Positions 22,938 through 30,832 of a stretch of DNA of 64,000 nt are shown one piece after another; the first letter of the stretch is position 1, and each line of letters opens with the position of its first letter. Under the pieces are notes generated by a model. That model made no database searches. It worked only from the letters and a program-made list of their open reading frames with translations, and had not been told where the DNA came from. Both the position numbers and the translations under genes were made by a program. Origin of the DNA: Armatimonadota bacterium (GTDB taxonomy: Bacteria > Armatimonadota > Fimbriimonadia > Fimbriimonadales > GBS-DC); the NCBI GenBank assembly GCA_037444405.1, contig JBBIML010000006.1, positions 209,135-273,134 on the forward strand. The letters run 5' to 3'.

Positions 22938-22954
22938 CAGGAGGTCGCCAGCAG

Positions 22955-23494
22955 ATGGGTGAGGTACTGGTGCTGAATCAGAACTTTGAGCCGTTGAACC
23001 TTTGCTCGATGCGCCGCGCGGTGAATATGGTGCTGGCGGGCAAGGCGGAGGTGGTGCGCACAAACGGGCACCTCATCCGCACGGTCAACGGCGGTTTCGA
23101 GGCGCCGTCGGTGGTGCGCCTGCGCTACCTGATTAAGCGTCCGCTGCCGCAGGTGCGCATCAGCCGCCGCGCCATCCTGGCGCGCGACCGCTACACCTGT
23201 CAGTATTGCGGTCATGTCTCGCGCGATTTGACGGTGGACCATGTGATCCCGCGCCGTCTGGGGGGCGGCGATACATGGGAGAACCTGGTCGCCTGCTGCC
23301 GCCGGTGCAACCATCTCAAGGGCGACCGCACGCCGCATCAGGCGGGCATGAAACTGATTCGCAAGCCGCGCCGCCCGAACTTCGTGCCCTACCTGAGCCT
23401 CACCCAGTATGTGAAGGCAATCTCGCGGGAAGCGTGGCGCGAGTTCCTGCCCCTCTACGAGGACTTCGCCACAACGGAAGCCGAAGCCGATTGA
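22955..23494 (+). CDS. HNH endonuclease
   Basis: [12 protein letters not shown]-term, [46 protein letters not shown] at 22939. Confidence 0.93.
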   Translation: MGEVLVLNQNFEPLNLCSMRRAVNMVLAGKAEVVRTNGHLIRTVNGGFEAPSVVRLRYLIKRPLPQVRISRRAILARDRYTCQYCGHVSRDLTVDHVIPRRLGGGDTWENLVACCRRCNHLKGDRTPHQAGMKLIRKPRRPNFVPYLSLTQYVKAISREAWREFLPLYEDFATTEAEAD

Positions 23495-23599
23495 TCCCCG
23501 ACACTTGTAGAGGATTCTGTTAAGCGCCAGCGGGAGAGGGGGGCATCTTTCAGCCCCCCATCCCCTTGCTGACGGGTGGTTGGGCAGGAGGCAGAAGTT

Positions 23600-23944
23600 T
23601 TACTTGCCACGCGGCATCACTTGAATATCTTCGGGCTTCAAGCCGGTGATGCCACCATCACCTGCTACCCAGCCGCCTTTGCACTCGTGGCAGACTGGCT
23701 TGCCCTGCTCGGCATTATCGCCACAGGGGCAGGCACCCATCGCAATCATGCACTGATCGCACGGATGCTTCAGGCAGCAGTTGTAAGTTCCCTTCTGGAT
23801 CGCTCGCTTCTTTTCGGCGGCGACGGTTGACACCGCTCGTTTGACCGCTGGCGAGCGCATATCCTTCATCTGGGCAACCACAATCGCCAGAATGCCTGCC
23901 AGCACAATCGCCATAGCTCCGATAATCAGCCTTGTGTAGCGCAT
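23600..23944 (-). CDS. Small exported Cys-rich protein of unknown function
   Basis: N-terminal hydrophobic segment; CC-x4-CxxC-x6-CxC-x10-CxxC; AGGAGG SD. Confidence 0.75.
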   Translation of the reverse strand: MRYTRLIIGAMAIVLAGILAIVVAQMKDMRSPAVKRAVSTVAAEKKRAIQKGTYNCCLKHPCDQCMIAMGACPCGDNAEQGKPVCHECKGGWVAGDGGITGLKPEDIQVMPRGK

Positions 23945-23993
23945 CGTTTCCTCCTGTGCGGGAGAGAACGAACGAGCAGGGTTGCGGGTTCCA

Positions 23994-24860
23994 TTAGGTG
24001 GCTTTCAGCGTGCGCGCGGTCTCTTCGGCGAGGCGCATCCAGTCCTGCAGGCGGAGTTCTTCGGCGCGGGCAGAGACGGGAATGCCCGCCCGACGCAGAA
24101 GCGCGGCAGCACGGTCGGCGTCATCGAACAGGGTGGCGAGCGCGTTGCGCAGGGTCTTGCGCCGTTTGCCGAACCCTGCTCGCACCAGCCTGAAAAACCA
24201 GCGCTGCTCAACGGGCGGCAGGCGGTCGGGCACAGGAGTGAGGCGCACAATCGCGGAGTCCACCTCCGGCTGCGGATAGAACGCGCTCGCGGGCACGCGA
24301 CCCAGATACTCCACCTCCGCATGGTACTGTGCGAACAGCGACAGCGCGCCATACGCCGAGCCACCGGGCTGGGCGACCAGCCGCTCCGCCACCTCCTTCT
24401 GCACCGTCAGCACCAGCAGCGGCAGATAAGCTTTGGCGGAGAGCAGATGCTCCAGCAGCGGCGAGGTGATGGCGTAGGGGATGTTTGCCACCACTTTCGC
24501 CGTCTCCTCGCCCCGCAACAGCTCCGGCACGGGCAGGCTCAACACATTCGCCTGAATCAGGGTGATGTTGGTCAGACCCTGCTGGTTGATGAGGTTGTCC
24601 AGGATTGCCACGAGTCGGGCGTCCACCTCGACGGCAATCACGCGGCGGGCGCGCTCCGCCAGCATGAAGGTGAGTGCGCCCAGCCCCGCGCCCACCTCCA
24701 GCACGGCGTCGGTCGGCTCCAGCCGCGCCGCCTCCACCACACGCGCCGCCACACGCCGATCGGTCAGAAAGTTCTGACCCCACCCTTTAGAAGGGCGGAC
24801 GCCGTACTCTGTCAGCCAGGCGCGGATCTGGCGCACCGAAAAGGGATTAATCGCCGCCAT
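23994..24860 (-). CDS. rsmA: 16S rRNA m6,2A dimethyltransferase KsgA
   Basis: GQNFL, LEVGAGLGALT, VANIPYAITSP, QKEVAER, FYPQPEVDS, RRKTLRN. Confidence 0.97.
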   Translation of the reverse strand: MAAINPFSVRQIRAWLTEYGVRPSKGWGQNFLTDRRVAARVVEAARLEPTDAVLEVGAGLGALTFMLAERARRVIAVEVDARLVAILDNLINQQGLTNITLIQANVLSLPVPELLRGEETAKVVANIPYAITSPLLEHLLSAKAYLPLLVLTVQKEVAERLVAQPGGSAYGALSLFAQYHAEVEYLGRVPASAFYPQPEVDSAIVRLTPVPDRLPPVEQRWFFRLVRAGFGKRRKTLRNALATLFDDADRAAALLRRAGIPVSARAEELRLQDWMRLAEETARTLKAT

Positions 24861-24879
24861 CGGGTACACTCTTGCCCGT

Positions 24880-25743
24880 ATGAGCATACCTGAAAGCGCA
24901 CGGTGGCAGGCAGAGACCCTCATTCAGGCACTGCCTTACATTCAGAAGTGGCGCGGCGCCATCTTCGTCATTAAGTACGGCGGCGCGGCGATGGTGGACG
25001 ACCAGCTCGCCCAGTCGGTGATGCAGGATGTGGTGCTGATGCACTGCGTGGGCATCCAGCCCGTGGTGGTGCATGGGGGCGGTCCCGAAGTCTCCGAGGC
25101 GATGAAGCGGCTGGGCAAGCAGCCGACCTTTGTGCAGGGACTGCGCGTGACCGACGCCGAGACGATGGAGATTGTGGAGATGGTGCTGACGGGCAAGACC
25201 AATCGGCGACTGGTGGCGGCGATCCATCAGCAGGGCGGGCAGGCAGTGGGCGTCTCCGGCAAGGATGGCAACCTGCTGATGGCGCACAAGCTGGAAGGCG
25301 AGCCGGATCTGGGCTTCGTGGGCGAGGTGGAGCAGGTGAACCCCGCTGTGCTGCACGCGCTGCTGCAAGCGGGCTACATCCCGGTGGTCAGCCCGATAGG
25401 GGTCGGGCGCGACGGCGCGAGCTACAACCTGAACGCCGACCATGTGGCGGGCGTGCTGGCAGCCGCGCTCGGCGCCACGAAGCTGCTGCTGCTCACCGAT
25501 GTGCCCGGCGTCTTAAGCGACCCCGAGAACCCCGATTCGCTGATCTCGGAGCTGAGCCGCGAGCAGGTACAGCGCATGCTGGAAGCGGGACGCATCAGCG
25601 GTGGGATGATCCCCAAACTGCAGGCGTGCCTCGTCGCGCTGGAGGGCGGCGTGCCCCGCGCTCACATCCTGGACGGACGAATACCCCACGCCCTGCTTAT
25701 CGAAGTGTTCACCGACGCGGGAATCGGCACGATGGTGCGCTGA
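24880..25743 (+). CDS. argB: Acetylglutamate kinase
   Basis: VIKYGGAAM, VHGGGP, GLRVTD, NLNAD, GGMIPK, EVFTDAGIGT. Confidence 0.97.
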   Translation: MSIPESARWQAETLIQALPYIQKWRGAIFVIKYGGAAMVDDQLAQSVMQDVVLMHCVGIQPVVVHGGGPEVSEAMKRLGKQPTFVQGLRVTDAETMEIVEMVLTGKTNRRLVAAIHQQGGQAVGVSGKDGNLLMAHKLEGEPDLGFVGEVEQVNPAVLHALLQAGYIPVVSPIGVGRDGASYNLNADHVAGVLAAALGATKLLLLTDVPGVLSDPENPDSLISELSREQVQRMLEAGRISGGMIPKLQACLVALEGGVPRAHILDGRIPHALLIEVFTDAGIGTMVR

Positions 25744-25758
25744 AACCCCCCTGACTCC

Positions 25759-25786
25759 TTGACAATCGCGCGAAATGTGCTATAAT
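25759..25786 (+). promoter_or_regulatory. Consensus sigma-70 promoter
   Basis: TTGACA-N16-TATAAT with TG extension, GGAGG SD downstream. Confidence 0.8.
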
Positions 25787-25816
25787 AGAGTATCTTTCCG
25801 ACGGAGGTAGACAAGC

Positions 25817-26644
25817 ATGGCACGAAAGGCGAAGTGGCTTGGGATCATCAGCGTCGCAACGGCGCTGCTTGGCGTTGCTATTGCGCAAACGCCTGTGGAC
25901 AAACTGGAGCTAACGGGCAAAATGTCCTTCCGGCTCAACGACTCGCCCTATTACATCCGGCTCGGCGTGGCATGCGACATCCCGGCGTTTGAAGGCGGTA
26001 TCGGGGATCAGCAACCGCTCTGCATCACCTTTGCCGACCTGAATAACGACGGCATCGCCCTGGACTTTCAGCTCACCATTAACCAGATGGTGAACTCGAT
26101 CCAATCCACTGAGACGGTCACCTGGATTGCGCAGGTGCTGTCGTCCAATCAGGTTCGCTGGACAACGCAGCGCACTTTTAGCCCCCCACACTGCACCGTC
26201 ATCACTATTTCGGGCACAGACTATATTTTCCAGATGGACGAGATTTATGGTCAGTTCCAGCTGGAGATAACCGAGGGCAGCTGCGCTCCTGACCCCTATA
26301 ACTGCTTCGGTTGTGGGGTGGATCTGTCGCTGGCGCCGTTTGGCGGCGCGGATGCGAACTACATGGGCTTCAACGGGCGTGCGATGCTGGGCGGAACCTG
26401 TGATTCTGGACCTGTGCCCGCCTGCGCGCGCGCCTATGACCTGCAGATCAACGCCTACAGCGGTGGATTGTCCAGCCAGGGTGATGTGAACGGCGACTGC
26501 GTGGTGGACGATGCCGACCTGCTGGCTGTGCTGTTCGCCTTTGGGCAGAGCGGCTCCGGGCTTGCGGAGGACATCAACCGCGACGGCACGGTGGACGACG
26601 CCGACCTGCTGATTGTGCTGTTTAACTTCGGCAACAGCTGCTGA
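25817..26644 (+). CDS. Secreted Cys-rich protein with C-terminal dockerin-like domain
   Basis: Signal peptide ..AIAQ; tail [22 protein letters not shown]...VLFNFGNSC. Confidence 0.8.
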   Translation: MARKAKWLGIISVATALLGVAIAQTPVDKLELTGKMSFRLNDSPYYIRLGVACDIPAFEGGIGDQQPLCITFADLNNDGIALDFQLTINQMVNSIQSTETVTWIAQVLSSNQVRWTTQRTFSPPHCTVITISGTDYIFQMDEIYGQFQLEITEGSCAPDPYNCFGCGVDLSLAPFGGADANYMGFNGRAMLGGTCDSGPVPACARAYDLQINAYSGGLSSQGDVNGDCVVDDADLLAVLFAFGQSGSGLAEDINRDGTVDDADLLIVLFNFGNSC

Positions 26645-26646
26645 AG

Positions 26647-26686
26647 CCCCCTCACCCGTACCCTCTCCCCCACTGGGGGAGAGGGG
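26647..26686. repeat. CCCTCACCC-CCCTCTCCC..GGGAGAGGG-type REP
   Basis: CCCCCTCACCCGTACCCTCTCCCCCACTGGGGGAGAGGGG right after stop codon. Confidence 0.8.
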
Positions 26687-26803
26687 CTAAACTCTCTCCC
26701 TCTCCGTGGGGAGAATGTCAGGATGATGGGCAAACTGGGAATCCAAACCGGCAGGAATCTCGACCAATGGGTAGAATCTTGTAAGCGAGGAGGTCGCAGA
26801 GCA

Positions 26804-27649
26804 ATGAAGCGTCATGGGTTCACTTTGATCGAGTTGCTGGTCGTTATCGCGATCATCGCCATTCTGGCGGCGATCCTGTTCCCGGTGTTCGCACAAGCGC
26901 GCGAGAAAGCGCGCCAGACCCACTGCGTCAACAACATGAAGCAGTTCGCTCTGGCGGTCTACCAGTACATTCAGGATTACGACGAGACCTTCCCCATGAG
27001 CGTCTATCGCTCGCGGGTGGGCAATCAGGAGTGCGCCTTCACCATGATAGCCGCAATTCAGCCCTATGTCAAGAACGACGCCCTCTATGAGTGCCCATCG
27101 GCGCGCAGAGCGATGGACCTCGATGGCTTCTGGATGCGGCTGCTTAACATCCCCGATTGCTCCCGGTTCCGCTACTTCAGCTATGTCGCCAATTTCGCCC
27201 TGTTCGAGGATGGTCCGAACAACGACATTACTGGCGCCCGCAATCAACACCCCATCAAAATGGCGGAACTGGAGTTCCCTGTCGAGACCGCCGCTTTCCA
27301 GGATGGTCACCTGACCGTTCAGGGTGGCAGCGGACAGTGCGACCTGTTTAACTCGCCCATCGAAGGGCGTCATAACGAGACGGTCACGGTGGGGTACGCT
27401 GATGGGCACGCGAAGTCGCTGAAGGTGAAGAAAGCCGATGTCCAGTGCATTAATATCGACAATAAGACCTTTACTCTGTGGTGTGTGCAGTCGCCGCCCT
27501 ACAACCGCAGCTGGGATAACTCGGCAGGCAGATGCAACGCTCAGGTGAAGACCTGTCAATCTTCACCCTATATTGCAGGCTCGCGCGACCTGTGGGGTAT
27601 CCCGGTGCAGGATCAGCAGGGCACAAAGTGCGTGAGGGCACTGCGATAG
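26804..27649 (+). CDS. Prepilin-type N-terminal cleavage/methylation protein (DUF1559 family)
   Basis: [41 protein letters not shown]......YADGHAK. Confidence 0.93.
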   Translation: MKRHGFTLIELLVVIAIIAILAAILFPVFAQAREKARQTHCVNNMKQFALAVYQYIQDYDETFPMSVYRSRVGNQECAFTMIAAIQPYVKNDALYECPSARRAMDLDGFWMRLLNIPDCSRFRYFSYVANFALFEDGPNNDITGARNQHPIKMAELEFPVETAAFQDGHLTVQGGSGQCDLFNSPIEGRHNETVTVGYADGHAKSLKVKKADVQCINIDNKTFTLWCVQSPPYNRSWDNSAGRCNAQVKTCQSSPYIAGSRDLWGIPVQDQQGTKCVRALR

Positions 27650-27718
27650 TCGGCTTTCTTCAGCACCGCTGGCGGGGGAGGTTCCTCCTGCAGGTAAGGG
27701 GGGACCTCCCCTTTACTT

Positions 27719-29131
27719 TTATGGGACGGCGGCGGTCTGTTCGAACAGGTACTTATCCAGTTCCACATCGTCGGGGATGGGGATGGGGTAATCGCCGTTG
27801 AAGCAGGCGAGGCAGAACCGCTCGCGCGGCTGACCGCTGGCACGCAATAGTCCCTCGATGCTCAGGTACCCCAGGGTGGTTGCGCCCACCTGCTGGCGCA
27901 CATCCTCCACCGTGTGGTGGGCGGCGACCAGCTCGCGCTGGGTCGCCATATCGATGCCGTAATGGCAGGGAAAGCGAATGGGCGGCGCGGTGATGCGCAG
28001 GTGCACCTCGCGCGCGCCCGCCTCAAACAGCAGTCGCACAATCTGGCGCGTGGTCGTGCCTCGCACAATCGAGTCGTCCACCACCACCAGCCGCTTGCCC
28101 GCAATCACCTCGCGCAGGGGGGTGAGCTTTAGGCGCACGCTGATCTCCCGTGTGCGCTGGTCGGGCTGAATGAAGGTGCGCGGCGCATAACGGTTCTTGA
28201 TCAGCCCCTCGCCGTACGGGATGCCCGACTGCTGGGCGTAGCCCACCGCCGCCGGCACGCCCGAATCGGGCACAGGAATCACCAGCTCGGCGTCGGCGGG
28301 ATGCTCCCGTGCCAGCTCGATACCCATGCGCCGACGCACTTCATAGAGCAGCTGGTCATACAGGTGGCTATCGGGTCGCGCGAAGTAGATGAGTTCGAAC
28401 ATGCAGAGCGCCTCGCGCTGGCAGGGCAACCCTCTGAAGGAGCGGACACCCTGCTCATCGATCAGCACAATCTCGCCTGGTTGCACCTCGCGCAGGAACT
28501 GGGCGCCAATCGGGTGCAGGGCGCAGGTCTCCGACGCCAGCACCCATGCCTCACCCAGCCGTCCCAGACAGAGCGGGCGCACGCCGAACGGGTCGCGCAC
28601 CCCAATCAGCTGCGTGGGGGTCAGAATCGCCAGCGAGTAGGCGCCGCGCACCTGACGCATCGCATCCCGTATCGCCGCCACAATATCGCCCCGATAGGCG
28701 CGGGCAATCAGGCGCAGAATCACCTCTGAGTCGTTGGTGGTCTCAAATATCTCGCCCTCGCGCTCCAGCGCGGCTCGTAAATGATGCGCGTTCACCAGAT
28801 TGCCGTTGTGCGCAATCGCGATGTTGCCGTCGGAGGTGGGGCACGCTAGCGGCTGCACATTGCGAATGGTGGATGAGCCGGTGGTGGAGTAGCGGGTGTG
28901 CCCGACGGCAATATGCCCGCGCAGGCTGTCCAGAATCGGCTCACTGAACACGCGCGCGACCAGCCCTAAATCTTTATACATGCGCACGGTTCTGCCGTCG
29001 GAGACGGCGATGCCCGCGCTCTCCTGCCCGCGATGCTGGAGCGCGAACAGCCCGAAGTAGGTCAGCCGTGCCGCGTCCCTGCCCGGAGCGTAGATGCCGA
29101 ACAGCCCGCACTCCTCCCGCGCCTCGCCCAC
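27719..29131 (-). CDS. purF: Amidophosphoribosyltransferase
   Basis: EECGLFG, LQHRGQESAG, GHTRYST, HNGNL, VVVDDSIVRGTT. Confidence 0.97.
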   Translation of the reverse strand: MGEAREECGLFGIYAPGRDAARLTYFGLFALQHRGQESAGIAVSDGRTVRMYKDLGLVARVFSEPILDSLRGHIAVGHTRYSTTGSSTIRNVQPLACPTSDGNIAIAHNGNLVNAHHLRAALEREGEIFETTNDSEVILRLIARAYRGDIVAAIRDAMRQVRGAYSLAILTPTQLIGVRDPFGVRPLCLGRLGEAWVLASETCALHPIGAQFLREVQPGEIVLIDEQGVRSFRGLPCQREALCMFELIYFARPDSHLYDQLLYEVRRRMGIELAREHPADAELVIPVPDSGVPAAVGYAQQSGIPYGEGLIKNRYAPRTFIQPDQRTREISVRLKLTPLREVIAGKRLVVVDDSIVRGTTTRQIVRLLFEAGAREVHLRITAPPIRFPCHYGIDMATQRELVAAHHTVEDVRQQVGATTLGYLSIEGLLRASGQPRERFCLACFNGDYPIPIPDDVELDKYLFEQTAAVP

Positions 29132-29180
29132 AGCAACTCTATTGTACCCTCTCTCTGAAGGTATAATCGATGGGCTTACT

Positions 29181-29202
29181 ATGGGCAGGATGCCCATGCT
29201 AC
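29181..29202 (-). repeat. GTAG-type REP palindrome
   Basis: GTAGC-ATGGGCA-TCC-TGCCCAT on - strand. Confidence 0.75.
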
Positions 29203-29203
29203 G

Positions 29204-30094
29204 GTGATGAGCTGGCGCGTCTCTTTACATGGCGGGCACAGCGGGGAGTTCTGCAAGCATGCAGAAGGCTCCCTGCGTTCGATTCTGGAGGCGGCGGAGC
29301 GCGCGGGCTATGCCGTCTTCGGCGTGAGCGAGCATATGCCGCGCGTTGAGCCGCGCTACCTCTACACCACCGAGCGCGAAAAGGGCTGGACGGTGCAGAC
29401 GCTCGAAACGCTCTTCGAGCGCTATGCGGTCGCCATACGCGAACTCGCGCACGAGTTTGAGGGGCGACTCGTGGTGCTGTGCGGCTTCGAGATCGAAGTG
29501 GTGCCGCCCGATCGCTGGATGCAGCTGGTGGAGCGCTATCGCCGCGACTATGCGTTCGATTACATCGTCGGCTCGGTGCATTTCATTCGTGACGGCGGCA
29601 TCGACAGCGACCCCGACGAACCCGACACACGCCGCGCGATTATCGAGTGTGGCGGCGTGGAGAACCTGGCGGTGGAGTATTACCGCGCGATGGCGGAGAT
29701 GGTTCAGGCGGTGCGCCCGGAGGTGGTGGCGCACTTCGATCTGGTGCGCTTGTTGGCGCATCGGGTGGGCGAGGCGCAGGCGGCGGAGACGCCCCGCGTG
29801 CGCAACGCTGCCCTCAACGCGCTGGAAGCCGTCCAGGCCGCTGGCTCGCTGCTGGAGGTGAACACGGCGGGCATCCGCAAGGGGCTGGGCGCTCCCTATC
29901 CCGCCGACTGGATTGTGCAGACCGCCGCCGCGATGGGCATCCCGTTCTGCTTCAGCGACGACAGCCACCGCCCGGAACAGGTCGGCTTTGGGCTGGAGGC
30001 TGCCCGCGAGCATCTGTTGCGCAACGGCGTCCGCGAAGTGCAGTTCCTCACGCGCCAGAACGGCGCTATCGTGCGAGCGACTGCAATGCTGTGA
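29204..30094 (+). CDS. Histidinol-phosphatase HisJ family (PHP domain)
   Basis: HGGHSGEFCKHA, SEHMP, GSVH, AHFD, EVNTAG, SDDSH. Confidence 0.88.
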   Translation: MMSWRVSLHGGHSGEFCKHAEGSLRSILEAAERAGYAVFGVSEHMPRVEPRYLYTTEREKGWTVQTLETLFERYAVAIRELAHEFEGRLVVLCGFEIEVVPPDRWMQLVERYRRDYAFDYIVGSVHFIRDGGIDSDPDEPDTRRAIIECGGVENLAVEYYRAMAEMVQAVRPEVVAHFDLVRLLAHRVGEAQAAETPRVRNAALNALEAVQAAGSLLEVNTAGIRKGLGAPYPADWIVQTAAAMGIPFCFSDDSHRPEQVGFGLEAAREHLLRNGVREVQFLTRQNGAIVRATAML

Positions 30095-30830
30095 GCAGAT
30101 CGGCGTACCGCTGGAAGTAGTCATGCGCGCTCTGCCCGCCTGCCACCGGGAGCGGCTGTTCGAGTGTGTCGGCGAGGATCAGCGGCACACCGAGCTGACG
30201 GGCGACCGCTTCCGCAAGGGGGGCTGGACTCGCGCTCAACACGCCGGCTAACGGCACGCGCCGCGCTCGCTCCATCAGCTGGCGCAGGCGCAGCAGGCTG
30301 GGCGGATGCTCCTCGTCGGGCTGCAGACTGCCCAGCGAACGCAGCCCCAGCGAGCGGGTCAGCGGGCGATAGGCGTCGTGCAGCGCCAGATAATATTTGC
30401 CCTGCAGGCGGCTCCGCAGCTGGTCGCGCTGATGCTCCAGCTGGCGGAAGAGCAGTTGCACCCGCCGCCACGCTTGACGCACCGCGCGGTTTGTCAGTCC
30501 ATCCTGCTCCGCCCAGTGCATGAGCCATGCACAGCATTCCCGCGCGGAGCGCAGATCGAGCCAGATGTGTAGGTCATCAGGCGGCGGCTGCAGATGCTTT
30601 ATCAGGCGCATCACGGGCGGGCAGCGCGCGCCCAGCGCCCGCTGGAGCGTCGGTAGATAGCTCTCGATGGCGCCAATCGCCACGATTCGGCGCGACCGCG
30701 CCGCCGCGCGAACCATCCGCACGGTCAGCATCACCTCGTGTGCATCCACCCCGCGCGGCTGAAGCAACACCACTGGCAGCTTTAGTGCCCGCAACCAGTC
30801 CTCAATCACAATCAGCGTGGCAGCGTACAT
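30066..30830 (-). CDS. ZnuA/AdcA-like metal-binding protein, divergent and without signal peptide
   Basis: PRGVDAHE, DLHIWLD, HDAYR, EEHPPS, DTL motifs. Confidence 0.65.
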   Translation of the reverse strand: MYAATLIVIEDWLRALKLPVVLLQPRGVDAHEVMLTVRMVRAAARSRRIVAIGAIESYLPTLQRALGARCPPVMRLIKHLQPPPDDLHIWLDLRSARECCAWLMHWAEQDGLTNRAVRQAWRRVQLLFRQLEHQRDQLRSRLQGKYYLALHDAYRPLTRSLGLRSLGSLQPDEEHPPSLLRLRQLMERARRVPLAGVLSASPAPLAEAVARQLGVPLILADTLEQPLPVAGGQSAHDYFQRYADLLTALQSLAR

Positions 30831-30832
30831 CG

